Source: Octopus vulgaris
Taxonomy: Eukaryota
Assembly (NCBI GenBank): GCA_951406725.2
Contig: OX597827.1
Coordinates: 31,558,001 to 31,622,000 of the forward strand
Direction: 5' to 3'
Length of the DNA stretch: 64,000 nucleotides
Positions 26,240-40,090 of the stretch are shown in pieces. A program made the translations under genes and the position numbers. Each line of letters opens with the position of its first letter. Position 1 is the stretch's first letter. The notes under the pieces are model-generated. The model saw only the letters and a list, made by a program, of their open reading frames with translations. It did no database searches and was not told where the DNA came from.

Positions 26240-27971
26240 AATATATATACACACACACACACACAACAGGCTTCTTCTAGTTTCTGTCTGCCAAATCCAC
26301 TCACAAGGCTTTGGTCGGCCCAAAGCTGTATTAGAAGACAGATGGCCAAGGTGCCACAGAGTGGGACTGAACCCAGAACCATGTGGTTTGGAAGCAAGCT
26401 TCTTACCACACAGCCACTCCTCTGCCTATGTTAATTTCACCAGCAGGCTGTTCTGTTGATTGGATCAACTCATCATCATAACTGACAGAGGACCTCTAAA
26501 GCAACAGCTTTCTTATAAGAACCGTTCGCTTTTGCAAGATTGTAAGAAAGGATGATTAATTCACTGAAGTCCTATACCCCTGTATCACTTTATTGGCTAG
26601 ATTTTAAGAAGTGGTTATACATCACTGGTCACAATGTGTTTCCTTGCAATATCGTACCTTTCAAATGATGCCACATTGCCAATTAGGTGGACAAGTAAAG
26701 ATTCCCCCTAAATGGAAGCATAGTCGGTCTGGGAATCAAAATCAATAATCTTGTCATTGTTGGATCACCACCCTAACTATTTGGTCATGCACTTTCACTA
26801 AGATGCATATATGACGCTAAAGAGTCACCACACCTTGGCTTATTAAGGTAAGAGTTACTCATACAGCTACTTGACACAAACAATGAAGTCAAAACGCAAA
26901 ATTGAAGCATGATTTTCACCATACATAGCTACTGTGCTGACTGTCATATGACACATCTACTAGACTAAACCGTTGACTTGGCTTTCACCCATGGCTCATA
27001 TTGTAAAGTGGTTGGCATTTGGAGGGGCATCCAGTTGTAAAAACATTGCCTTGGTTGGTGCCATGTAAAAAACAGTCCTCTCTGTGGAGTGGTTGGTATT
27101 TGGAAGGGTACCCAGCTGTAAAAACCTTGCTTTGGCTGGTGCCATGTAAAAAACACTGTCCTCTCTGTGGGGTGGTTGGCATTTGGAAGCTGTAAAAACT
27201 ATGCCAAAACTGATCTTACCTGGGCTGGTGCCATGTAAAAAGCACTCAGTCCTCTCTGTGGGAAGGGCATCCAGTTGTTAAAAATCCTGCCAGAACAGGC
27301 ACAGAAGTCTAGTGTAGTCTTCTGCCTGGCCAGCTCCTGTTAAACTCTCCAACCCATGCCAACATGGAAAGCAAATGTTAAACAATGATGATGATGATGA
27401 TGATGATGATGAAGATACAGCTGAGAAATGAACCTGAATTCTTTGACCTCACCATTCTCCTCCAATCAATCAGCAATTTAATCCACATTGTTTCTATAAA
27501 ATGAATGGATTTTTTAAGAATGCCAGAAACAACACAGTTTACAACCTGTCTCCATGTCCTTCAAATCTCAGGCTGTTCAAGTCCCACAAACGTGAAACCA
27601 GTTAAGTGTGTTGATATTAGTATAAATAAATCTTCTTATAAACTCTCAGTGCATTTTCGACTACTTTTATTTCTTTTATACTACTACTGGTATAGATTAG
27701 TGGCTATATTTTATATATATACATGATCAAAACAGAATCGAAAGAAACTGGGGGGGGGGGGGGCTCTACATCAGCAAGACTTATATTCTGTAGTAAAATC
27801 AATGAAAAGAAATCAGTGAACTTGCCGTGAGGAGCGGAGCAACCAACACCACAGACAGAGTTTGTCTTCAGGGAAAAGTTGAAAGGAAAGAATTTAATGA
27901 AACACAGCAGACTTTTGCACTGCACTTTTTACCAATTTTCCTGTATGTATATGAATGTGTGTGTACATACA

Positions 27972-28007
<36 letters not shown>

Positions 28008-28403
28008 GTATAATGTATATACTCTTTTATTCTTTTACTTATTTCAGTCATTTGACAGCGGCCATGCTGGAGCACCGCCTTTAGTCAAGGAAATCGATCC
28101 CAGGACTTATTCATTGTAAGCCGAGTACTTATTCTATCAGTTTCTTTTGCCGAACCGCTAAGTTACAGGGATGTAAACACACCAGCATCGGTAGTCAAGC
28201 GATGTTGGGAGGGGTGGGGACAAATACAGACACTTATATATACACATGATGGGCTTCTTTCAGTTTCTGTCGACCAAATTCTCTGAAAAGGCTTTGGTCG
28301 GCCCAAGGCTATAGTAGAAGACACTTGCCCAAGGTGCCACACAGTGGGACTGAACCCCTGGTAAGCAAGTTTCTTACCACACAGCTACTCCTGTGCCTGT
28401 TTA

Positions 28404-28434
<31 letters not shown>

Positions 28435-29162
28435 GTAAATATATATATGTATACACACACATACATGCATATATGCATACATACATATATATATATATAT
28501 ATATGTATGTACACACACACACACACACACATATATATTATATGCATGGCCTAGTGGTTAGGCTGTTGTACTCACAACTGTTAAATTACAGGTTCGATTC
28601 CCAGACTGGAATTGCTCCAGTCCCCCTTCAATCAAGTGGGGTATTAGGCCTGCCCACCTGGCCAGTGGGGTGGCGTCATTTGAAGGCTAAAACAATGCAA
28701 AATCACATTGTGACTAGTGATGTGCAACAACATCTGATAGCCTGGTCGGTCGTGTGATCATGTGACATGTGATATATACATATATATATATAAATATACA
28801 TGGATAAAATCTTTATAAGAATTTATCAAGTAGTCAGCATGAAAAACCTCAAAAAGGAAAAAATTATAATTATTCCCTTTAAATATATTTTTTTATATTA
28901 AGGATATTAATACATATAAATGCCCCTAATATAAATAAAAAAATAAATATACATGTATATATATATACATGCAAACATGTACATACCTACATACATGCTT
29001 GCATACATACATCCATTCAGAAATACATACATATATGCATGCATACATACATCCATCCATCCATACATATATATAGCTTGATAGCTAGAAAGCTACATAC
29101 ATATATACATACACTCATGCATATAGACATGCACATACATATATACACATAGAGGAAACAAC

Positions 29163-29349
29163 AGGTCTGATAAGAGCTTCCAGGATAAAAGCCTACAATC
29201 TTACATAGTTGAAGATATCAGTCACCCTGTTGTATGAATCTTTTCTCAAAACTTCTGAGAGCAATGACCACAGTTAGAAAACAAAAGCTCTAGAATCCAC
29301 TATGGAATTTCAACAGCTTTTGTATCCTGGCTAGAAATTCTCATAATCT
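29163..29349 (+). ncRNA. Decayed hammerhead-like motif with very long stem II
   Basis: aggt-CTGATAA...ccaggataaaagc ... gcttttgtatcctgg..-GAAA-ttctca-TA-atct; downstream sequence resembles the 22.36-22.49 kb segment. Confidence 0.4.
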
Positions 29350-30333
29350 AACAAAGAATTTTCAAAGATTATTACTTAAATACTTCGTTTTCGTATCTGA
29401 TTTGCAAGATTCTTCATATTGAAGAAAAAATATATAAATAATTAACAAGTGGAAATTGAACCGGTGAGTGTGTTAGATGATAAAGCATTGAGACAGTTAT
29501 CCCCAGATAGAACAAAAATTACTTTAATACTTAGAAACATAGCCAAGTGTGCCATTAATTACAGGTACAAATTTAAGCATTTAATCTGGGTAAGTTGTTA
29601 TATTTTTCAGTTTTATATAAATGTTCCAGACAACTATGTCAGACATTTTGCACCGGACCTAAGAACTCTCATAATATACCAAACAATACACACTACGTAT
29701 TAACCTTTTAGCATTTAAACCACTCACATTCAACCCAAATATTCTAGCTGTATTATGTTGAAACTGGCCAGATCTGGCTTATCACACCAACCCTACAACG
29801 TCGTTCTAAAAATAAAGTCTCAGAATTGATATTCCAAAGATACATATATGATTCATTCAAAACAATTGGAAATAAATAAGCATCACATTTGATAGAATAA
29901 TCTGAAAGCTAACTTGACTACTAGCTTTTCATAGAGATGGTGAACCTGAGTAACACATTTCAGCATTATATTCTTCAAAATATGTTAATATTCACACTCA
30001 TTCATATTTACTTAATGAACCAAACATTTTTTATTTTGGTAAATTCCTGCAAGGAATCATGCTAGATACTCTAAAATTCCAGATCATTACCCTGGGCTCA
30101 TACTTAATTTATCAACCCAAACTCAATATGCAGAGTCAGAAATAACACCACAAAGCATTCTTAACAAAGCCCTAATGATGGCTAATTCAATGTCATGTGG
30201 CTCTGTGGTAAGAAGCTTGCTTCCCAACCACATGGTTCTGGGTTCAGTCTTGGGCAAGTGTCTTCTGCTATAGCCTCAGGCTGACCAAAGTCTTGTGAAT
30301 GGATTCGGTAGCCAGAAACGGAAAGAAGACTGC

Positions 30334-30375
<42 letters not shown>

Positions 30376-30723
30376 CGTGTGTGTGTGTGTTTGTGTCTGT
30401 GTGTGCCTGTGTGTGTATGTGTGTGTGTGCGTGCATGTATGTGTGTGTGTGTATGTATGTATGTATGTATGTATGTATGATTGTATGTATGTATGTATGT
30501 ATGTATGTATGTATGTATGTATGTATGTATGTATGAATGTATGTATATTTCTGTGTGTTGTGTCTTTAGGTTTGTGTTTGTCCTCCCATCTCTGCTTAAC
30601 AACCAGTGTTGATGTGTTTGTGTCCCTGTAGCTTAGAAATTCGGCAAAAGTAACCAATAAAAAAGTACTAAGCTTAAAAAAAGGTAAGTTCTGAGATTGA
30701 ACTGTTCAACTAAGACTTTTCAA

Positions 30724-31440
30724 GAGTTACTAATAGTTTCTTGCTATAGAGACACTGTGATTAGGCAGGTTTTATAATGTGCCTTGTGTCTCCAAGCAAT
30801 CTTCAAGCTCAGGGCACATGGTTTGTTTTATTTGAAAACCAAGAGGCTGGTAGATGAGAAACCATGAGAAAAAACAAGAAGGTTGATACAGAAAGTGGAA
30901 TAAGAAAACAAAAGGTAAATTTAAATAGAAAAAGAAAGGAAAGAAAGAAAATTGTGAGTTATGCCCTCTTTGACTGTAGAAACTATAATTCATCTAGCTG
31001 GAGTAGAATAATTCAATGGTAAGGAGTTTAAAAGCATACAAGACAGTGGCTCAATCTGGAGAGGGTAGTGTTCTCCAAAGACAAAAGAAATTTGCCTGTG
31101 TGCTTTGCATTTCCTGAAAATTTCACATCTGGAATAAAGTAGTGTGGTGGAACTCTCAGATTTAAAAATGTGTGCTCTTTCAGCTACACATAAGTTGCAT
31201 CTCTTTGATCCATTCACATATGGCATATACTTCTCCACGATACTCCTCTTGACTGTATGTGTGTTCAGTTTGTTTTTAGACCCCATACATGGCTAGCAAG
31301 CTTAGTGGTTTTATTTTTACTAATGTGTCAGAAAGAAGACTGATAGTTTGCATAATGTCTTTTAAAGTTGATTTTGCATGAACTGACATAATTTTTCTCT
31401 TTCATTATATTTTCTAGAAGTACTGCTGTGACTTTGACCT
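30724..31440 (-). mobile_element. PLE 3' remnant: GIY-YIG C-terminus followed by a decayed HHR (30724-30810)
   Basis: FKRHYANYQSSF...PYVNGSKRCNLCVAERAHI; downstream TTGAAGA-ttgct..gagacac...gtgtctc..agcaa-GAAAC-tatta-GTA. Confidence 0.65.
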
Positions 31441-32440
31441 CATAAAACACTGAGTCTATCAAACATGCCTGATCTAGTGGGCAAGCTTTAGGGTTTCAAT
31501 AGTTACAACGGAGAGTGGGCTCTTGGTGAGGCTTACGAGTGAGAATGTCCATATATTATGTGCATGTGTATGTGTGTGCATGCACATATATGTGTGTATG
31601 AAACCAATTGGTGAAGTGACTGTTATAAGAATATCAAATTGTGTTTTAATAATAACACGCCAGCTCTATTAACCAATATATCAATGATTGTTTTTTTTTC
31701 TGACTCATGGATCTTTACACAACTATATATAATGTGCCTTTCATTCACTTCTGCCCTCATCTCTACCCATCCTGTACCCCTTTAGGAATTTAGCCACCCT
31801 TCTTTCCACCCTGATCTTCTGTCCGTATTCTCTCTTATACTCACCTTCTTGTACCTTGAGAGTACACTAAGGCACTTTGTCACTGCTATCTTTATATCTC
31901 TTCTACAGCAAGAAACCTGTGCTCATTCCTCTACTGTAATTTAAGCTCTCAGCGTTTGGTGTAAAGCCATCTCCCCACTCTCAAACACATCTCCATGCAA
32001 CTGAGGGTTTTCTTTCTTTTTCTTTGTCATCTAAATTACTTGGGAACCTCACTAGCACTGGCTCCCATGGCACACAAAAAGCATCATTCATGCGTGGGTC
32101 ACTGCCAGTGCCACCTAACTAGCTCGCCATGCCAGTGGCACGTAAAAAGCACTATCCGAATGTGGCCGATGCTTGTGCTGGCTGACTGGCTCCTGTGCCA
32201 GTGGCATGTAAAAAGCACCCACTTCACTCCCAGAGTGGTTGGCATTAGGAAGGGCATCAACTGTAGAAACATTGCCAGATCAGATTGGAGCATGGTGCAG
32301 CCCCCTGGCTTGCCAATCCCCAGTCAAATCATCCAACCCATGCAGCATGGAAAACGGATGTTAAACAATGATGACAATGATGATGATGATGATATATGTG
32401 TGAGTATATATATATGTCTATATATATATATATATATATA

Positions 32441-32497
<57 letters not shown>

Positions 32498-32612
32498 ATA
32501 TATATATATATGTATTTATATACACACACATATATATAATAGTGTATAAACAACTTAAGTATTTATACATGAAAGAGGTGACCTTTGATAGGACACTTTA
32601 CATGCTAGAAAG

Positions 32613-32655
<43 letters not shown>

Positions 32656-32658
32656 ATA

Positions 32659-33734
32659 CAGGGTGCGTAAGATATTTGAGAACATACCTTTTTGGTGTCA
32701 TTGCTGCATTTTTTGCTAACTCTGTATAATCTTTATTTCAGAAAATAATAATTGTAGACCCTCAGCTTACTCAAGAAATAAAGAGGCATGCTATTACTGT
32801 AGTTATAAAGGCTGAGCATAGTGATTTAGAAATATCTTGATTCTTAAAAGTTGCCAGATCTTTTGTCTACAAAGTTTGTAAAGAGTTAGAGACTGAAGAT
32901 GGAAACATCAATGCATAAAAAGCATTCTAAATGCTCTGAAATCATCAGAACACTTGAATTTATCCAGCAAGTTCAACAGACCATTGATTACAATCTCAGA
33001 AAGTCCATGACGTCAATTGCAAAAGATCTCCATGTGTCTGAAGGAACAGTCAGAAATGTTGTACACGAAGACACTAGATATAAATCTTACATGATGAGGA
33101 AAGGTCAATTTGTCAGAAAAAGCAAAAGAAAATCACTACATCAGATCTAAAAGGTTCTTAAGCAAACTGAAAAATCCAGCAGAGGAAGATTTGATTTGGT
33201 TTTTCTCAAGATCAAAAAGTTAACTGAAGAAATGACAAATGGTTATGTGCAGACCCTTCTGAAGTTCCAAGTGTTATGCAAACAAAATTTCCTGCAACTA
33301 TCATGGTTTTAGGGGTTGTCAGCAATGAAGGACATGTGGTGCCTCCTTACTTCTTTCCACAAGAACTTAGTTAACTCTGCTCCTAACATTTGGCCTCCTA
33401 ATTCTCCAGATCTCAGTCCATTGGACTATTACCTGTAGATCATTGTTGAGAGGTCAATGAACACACCCATAACACCAAAGATTCTTTGAAAACTGCCATA
33501 GTCAGAGTAATGTCCAAAATGAACCAGGACCACTTGATTCGAGCATGCAGATGATTTAGATCTCATATAGAAACAGTTGTTGAAGCTGAAGGAGGCTTTA
33601 TTGAATAACATTGTGGAAAAGAAGGTTTATTTTTATCCTCATGGCATTTTTTTATAAATAAAGTTATTATCTATTATAATACATCTTTCTTTTTGATAAA
33701 CATAAATCGGTCCTCAAATATCTTACACACCCTC
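32659..33734 (+). mobile_element. Internally deleted Tc1/mariner-superfamily transposon (maT/DD37D-like motifs)
   Basis: TA|CAGGGTGCGTAAGATATTTGAG...CTCAAATATCTTACACACCCTC|TA; HTH SMTSIAKDLHVSEGTVRNVVHED, WFFS, WPPNSPDLSPLDYY. Confidence 0.88.
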
Positions 33735-33747
33735 TATATGTGTGTGC

Positions 33748-33792
<45 letters not shown>

Positions 33793-34111
33793 TATTTAAA
33801 AAATATTGATATAAAAAATATACATAAAATATACTACATGGAATATATAAAAATATATATAAAAATATATATATAATGAGCAAACTATAAAAATTAGTGA
33901 GAAAAAGGGAGATATACACATATTGGATGGCTGTTGACTCTCAAGAGCTCTTCTGCCCTTTGACGGGTTTTGTTTTTCATCCCACAGGGTGTCCAATAAA
34001 CACCCTCCTCACCAAGCAAACTTGGTGGGGTTGTTGGTTTAGTTGCCTATGGCCTAGCCATGTGACAAGTTATACTGGGTTACATGTTACCAGTAGCACT
34101 CGAAAGTGACC

Positions 34112-34943
34112 TTAAACAACTGGAACATTTCCATCAGATGTGTCACAGATAGATTTATGACATTAAGTGGGAGGACCACATCAGTGATATTGAAATATTG
34201 GAAGGCTCTCAGTGTGAAAAAATAGAAGCTCTTGTGTTAAAGCAAAGGCTCAGATGGAGTGGTCATCTGGTCAAGATAAAGGATTCAAGGATGTCAAAAT
34301 AACTCTTTTATGGAGAGTTAGCTAAAGGAGAACGACCTCCACATAAACCAAAAAAGAAGTATAAAGATTTGCTGAAAGCTTCCTTAAGAGATGCTAGCAT
34401 CTCTCCTGACACATGAGAAGGCATAGCTATTGACTGTAGCAGGTGGAGAAGGATTGTGTACAAGGGAACAGCTACTTTTGAGAAATCTCGAGTGGCACAT
34501 GAGAAAGCAAGGAGGGATGTCAGGAAGGGCACCACTGTTGCACTTCCAGACAGTAAGGGTTTTCCTATGATGCTGACATGCAGTGTTTGTGCAAGACCCT
34601 GCCTCAGTAAAGTTGGACTCAAGAGTCATCTTTGTAGTCATAAAGCGAGACCGATGAATGTTAACCAGGCTGCTGGTGTGGTGCTATACACCATACAATC
34701 ATATCTGTCAGGCATATGGAAGAGAGTGTAATTCAGCGGAAGGACTTAAACGACATGCAAAGGTACATGAAACCCAGTTACAACTACAGCCGGCTATTGC
34801 TGGTAAAGGTTTTAGCTGCCAATTCTGTACAAGACATTGCAGGTCTTTAGCTGGGCTAAAAAGTCACATTCGATCACAGCACCGTTAACAGTTAAGCCTC
34901 GTGCAATGGCCATACTCGATAACAAAGGGACAGCCATCATCAT
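34112..34943 (+). mobile_element. RTE-clade LINE 3' fragment with three C-terminal C2H2 fingers
   Basis: RLRWSGHLVKIKDSRMSK.LFYGEL..G.RP...KKKYKD, then CSVC..H...H, CQAY..H...H, CQFC..H....H; short (CAT)n tail. Confidence 0.85.
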
Positions 34944-34944
34944 T

Positions 34945-34979
<35 letters not shown>

Positions 34980-36531
34980 TTATACACACACACACACATA
35001 TCTATATACAAAAATATGTATATATATATGTGTGTGTGTGTCTTTGTGTTGGTGTGTTTACGTCTCCATAATGTAGCAGTTGGGCAAAAGAGAGCGACAG
35101 AATAAGTACCAAGCTTAAAAAAAGAAAATAAGTCCTTGGGTCGATCCATTTGACTAAAATTCTTCAAAGCAGTGCCCCAGCATGGCCACAGTCCAATGAA
35201 TGATACAAATAAAAGTAAAATAATTTCCTGGGACAATAAATCAAAAACAAAGATCCTTTCCTTTGACTTTCAACACTAATTTATAAGATTTGTGTTCTTT
35301 ACATCTGCAATCGCAAAGGTTCCTGTTCCTTCCTACTCTAGGCACAAGGCCCAAGACTTTTGGGGGAGAGGGGAGCCAGTCAATTAGATTGACTCCAATA
35401 CACAACTGGTACTTAATTTATCAAAATGGAATATATAAAAATATATATATAATGAGCAAACTATAAAAATTAGTGAGAAAAAGGGAGATAAACAGTAAAT
35501 ATAAAATTACATATTGGATGGCCGTTGACTACTGCTGTACCTGACTAACATCACATCCACTCACTGCTGTACCCAACTAACATCACAGCTACCACTAACA
35601 TCACAGCCATCCAATGATAGAAAGTCAACCTCGGCAGAATTTGAACTCAGGACATAAAGACAGACGAAATACTGCTAAGCATTTCGCCCAGCATGCTAAT
35701 GTTTTTGCCAGCTCACCGCCTTAGATATTCTTATCTACTCGAGGCACAAGGCCTGAAATTTTGGGGAGAGAGGGCTAGTTGATTAGACTGACCCCAGTAC
35801 ACAACTGGTACTTAATTTATCGACCCCAAAAGGATGAAAGGCAAAGTCAACCTCGGTGGAATTTGAACTCGGTACGTAAAGACAGATGAAATACTGCTAG
35901 GCATTTCACCTGATGTGCTAACATTTCTGCCAGTTCACCGCCTTCACAAGGGCTCCTATTAATAAACTAATCCTTTGAGAGTAAGGTGAAACTTTTGGCC
36001 GATTTCATTGCTTGTTCATTTAAGTGGATTTTGATGGTTTTAAATGTTAGGCAGAAACCAAAGGAGATAATACAAACAGCATAATCAATGTGCACCGAAA
36101 GTCGATTACAGAGTCTCAACAATAAAGATGTTGGTGATTGGATTGCCGTTGACAATGGTATTAAATGAACCTGAAATTCTTCAGATCAGATTATCGACAG
36201 TGAGGTTAATCCTGAAGATCGAGATGCAGTGCTTTGTTTCGATGACAATGATGATAAAAACAAAATAACTGCAATGCAGAAGTCTTGGACTAAAGCACCA
36301 AATATTTATAATGATTATTCTTTGTAATATAGGAAAGAATTCAAATTCTTATCAGCAACAAAACGATTTAAGCATAAGTCCCTAGACTGTGGCCATGCTG
36401 GGGCACCGTCTTGAAGCATTTTAGTCAGGTAACTCCACCTCAGTTCTGGTTATTTCTTTGTAAAGCCTGCTACTTATTTTGTCAGCCGCTTTAGCCGAAC
36501 TTCTATGTTACAGGGAGATAATCATACCAAA

Positions 36532-37935
36532 ACTAACATCACAGCTACCCAATGCTGCACCTGATTAACGTCACAGCTACCCACTGCTGTACCTGACTAA
36601 CATCACAGCCACCCACTGCTGTACCTGATTAACGTCACAGCTACCCACTGCTGTACCTGATTAACGTCACAGCTACCCAAAGCCATACCTGATTAACGTC
36701 ACAGCTACCCACTGCTGTACCTGATTATCATCACAGCTACACACTGCTGTACCTGACTAACGTCACATCTACCCACTGCTGTACCTGATTAACATTAGAG
36801 CCACCTGATGCCATACCTGATTAACATCACAGCTACCCACTGCTGTACCTGACTAACATCACAGCTACCCACTGCTGTACCTGATTAACATTACAGCTAC
36901 CCACTGCTGTACCTGACTAACATCACAGCTACCCAATGCTGTACCTGACTAACATCACAGCTACCCACTACTGTACCTGACTAATGTCACAGCTACCCAC
37001 TGCTGTACCTGACTAACATCACAGCCACCCAAAGCCATACCTGATTAACGTCACAGCTACTCACTGCTGTACCTAACATCGCAGCTACCCACTGCTGTAC
37101 CTGATCAACATCACAGCCACACAATGCCATACCTGATTAACATCACAGCTACCCACTGCTGTACCTAACAAACATCACAGCTACCCACTGCTGTACCTGA
37201 TTAACATCACAGCCACCAAAAGCCATACCTGATTAACGTCACAGCTACCCACTGCTGTACCTGACTAAAATAACAGCTACCCACTGCTTTACCTGACTAA
37301 CATCACAGCTACCAACTGCTGTACCTGATTAACATCATAGGCACACAATGCCATACCTGATTAATATCACAGCTACCTACTGCTGTACCTAACAAACATC
37401 ACAGCTACCCACTACTGTACCTGATTAACATCACAGCCACCCAATGCAAGACCTGCTTAACGTCACAGCTACCCACTGCTGGACCTGATTAACATCACAG
37501 CCACCCAAAGCCATACCTGATTAACGTCACAGCTACCCACAGCTGTACCTGACTAAAATAACAGCTACCCAATGTCACACCTGATTAACATCACAGCTAC
37601 CCACTGGTGTACCTGATTAACATCACAGCTACCAAATGCTGTACCTGACTAACATCACAGCCACCCGATGCCATACCTGACTAACATAACAGCTACCCAC
37701 TGCTGTACCTGATCAACATCACAGCCACACAATGCTATACCTGATTAACGTCACAGCTACCCACTGTTGTACCGGATTAACATCACAGCTACCCACTGCT
37801 GTACCTAACAAACATCACAGCTACCCACTGCCATACCTGATTAACATCACAGCTACCCAATGCAAAACCTGATTAACATCACAGCTACCCACTGCTGTAC
37901 CTGACCAACATCACAGCTACCCACTGCTATACTCG
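36532..37935. repeat. 32-bp minisatellite, about 44 copies (acctgattaacatcacagctacccactgctgt)
   Basis: Period read directly (catcacag at 36601, next at 36633); recurring variant units; orphan units at about 35531-35615. Confidence 0.95.
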
Positions 37936-38229
37936 ACCATCCATATCACACACTCCAATACCAACATTGCACCTTGTCTACCACGAATGTTGCATGTCAC
38001 AAGTACCATCACAGCCACCCACCCTGTCCACCACCTGACAGTGCATTCTACCACCCACATCACACCCTCCACCCCCACTCCATTGCACAACATCGGCCTT
38101 AGTCCCAGCCCCAGCTGCAGCCCCAGTCCCAGAAATTAGTCCCCACTCGAACGATAACAACATTTCACAGACCTCAATGAGTGAAGTGTAACGTTTCACA
38201 CTTGACTTTTTCTTCATGAGAAGATTTAA

Positions 38230-38660
38230 ATGATGACGATGATGATGATGATGATGATGGTGATGACAATGATGCCGGTGATAATGACAATGATGATTAT
38301 GATGGTGATGACAATAATGATGATGATGATGCTCGTGATGCCGCTGCCGATGCCGCCAAAAGTGATATGACGCCAACAGTGATACACGATGGCAGTGACA
38401 ATAACGATGACACGATAATAAGCAGCTCTTTGATGTTAATCAACCAATTCTGACAGTTGCTTTGCCCTTTCTAGAAAGTCAGATAACAGAACATCTTAAC
38501 ATTCTCAAGGACTTTGATAGCAGCAGTGGTGGTGGTGGCAGCAGGCAGTGGTGATGGTGGTTGCAGCGGCGGCGGTGGTGGCGGCGGTGGTGGCGGCGGT
38601 GGTGGCGGCGGTGGCAGTGGCGGTGGTGGTGGCAGTGGTGGCGGCGGCAGTGGTAGTTGT
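38230..38660. repeat. (GAT)n and (GGC/GGT)n low-complexity tracts
   Basis: Directly visible; source of the poly-H, poly-G and poly-P ORFs. Confidence 0.9.
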
Positions 38661-39768
38661 GGAAATGAAGGTGGGGAAGCAACACCAAGGAAACAAGCAC
38701 ATACACACACACACAAACACAGAAATAACACAACACAACTACATGATACTCAGTCTAGTCCAGAGCAAGAGCAGAGATTATCATTGCTCTTCGTGGAACC
38801 AACTGACCCTTAAAGTTAATCAAGATGTAAATATTCAGATGAATAACGAGTTTCTTTAATTTGCTCTTCAAGTCAAATTCTCTGCATATTCGTTATATCT
38901 ATCTCTTACTCGCTAACGATTAATATTTATGAACTACTCAGATATACACTTAATATATCCACGTAAAATTTTCTGAACTGCAGAGAGCAATTTTATATGG
39001 CAATCTATTGTTGTTAGTTGTGGAAAGTCATCATCATCATCACCACCACCACCACCACCACCACCACCACCACCACCACCACCACCACCACCATCATCAT
39101 CATTTAACATCTGTTGTCCATGCTAGCATGGGTTGGAAGGTTTGACCAGGGCTGGTAAGCTGGAAGGCTGCACCAGGCACCAGTCTGATTTTGGCATGGT
39201 TTTCTACAGCTGGATGCCCTTCCTAATGCCAACCACTCCGAGAGTGTAATGGGTGCTTTTACGTGCCACCAGCTCGGGTGCTATTTGTGTGACACTGGTA
39301 TTTGGTATCTGCCATGACTGTGATTTTGCTCAGCTTGGAGGGTCTTCTTCTCAAGTACAACATAATTCCAAAGGTCTCAGTCATTGCCTCCCTGAGGCCC
39401 AACACTTGAAAGGAACTCACCTCCATGAGGCCCAACGCTCGAAAGGCATACAGCCACTTTTCCTCCATGAGGCCCAATGCTCGAAAGGTGCCCTTTACGC
39501 GCTACTGGCATGGGTACCAGTTATGTGACACCAGCATCAGCCATGACTACAATTTCACTTGGCTTCACAAGTCTTCTCAAGCATAGCATATCACCAAGGA
39601 TCTCGGTTGCCAATCATTGCCTCTGGAAGGCTCGAAAACTATTTTCTGCTGAGCCATGTTCACTTTATTGAGGCAATATGACTTGCAGAAAATATTAACA
39701 TTTAATATTATTACTGGAATAACTATGAAATTTAGTTGTGTCTTGGGAGTGCCATTATACCAATAAGG

Positions 39769-40090
39769 TGGAGGTGCAATGGTCCAGTGGTTAGGACAGT
39801 GGACTTGCAATCGTAGGATCACAGTTTCGATTCCCAGACCGGGTGTTGTGAGTGTTTATTGAGTGAAAACACCTAAAGCTCCATGTGGTTCTTGCAGTGG
39901 GTGGTGGCAAACCCTGCTGTACTCTTTCACCACAACTTTCTCTCACTCTTTCTTCCTGTTTCTGTTGTACCTGTATTTCAAAGGGGCCAGCCTTGTCACA
40001 CTCTGTGTCACACTGAATCTCCCCAAGAACTACATTAAGGGTACACATGTCTGTAGAGTGCCCAACCACTTGCACATTAATTTCACAAGC
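39769..40090 (+). mobile_element. tRNA-derived SINE family C; partial relatives at about 9443-9600, 17560-17860(-), 25745-25940, 44900-45040(-)
   Basis: tRNA-like head tggtccagtggttagg...gtttcgattccc; shared body gggccagccttgtcacactctgtgtcacactgaatctcccc. Confidence 0.7.

Noticed and set aside
27760-27945. Possible minus-strand exon (cag acceptor, gcaagt donor)
   Set aside because: Stops in all three frames; cannot be supported without transcripts
35970-36310. Acidic stretch DVGDWIAVD...DQIIDSEVNPED resembling a pogo/Tigger transposase C-terminus
   Set aside because: Too degenerate; no TIR or catalytic motif seen
36532-37935. 32-bp repeats as a CRISPR array or coding repeat
   Set aside because: Head-to-tail units with no unique spacers; period is not a multiple of 3
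39769-39845. tRNA gene
   Set aside because: tRNA-like head continues into a dispersed SINE body; no complete cloverleaf or terminator
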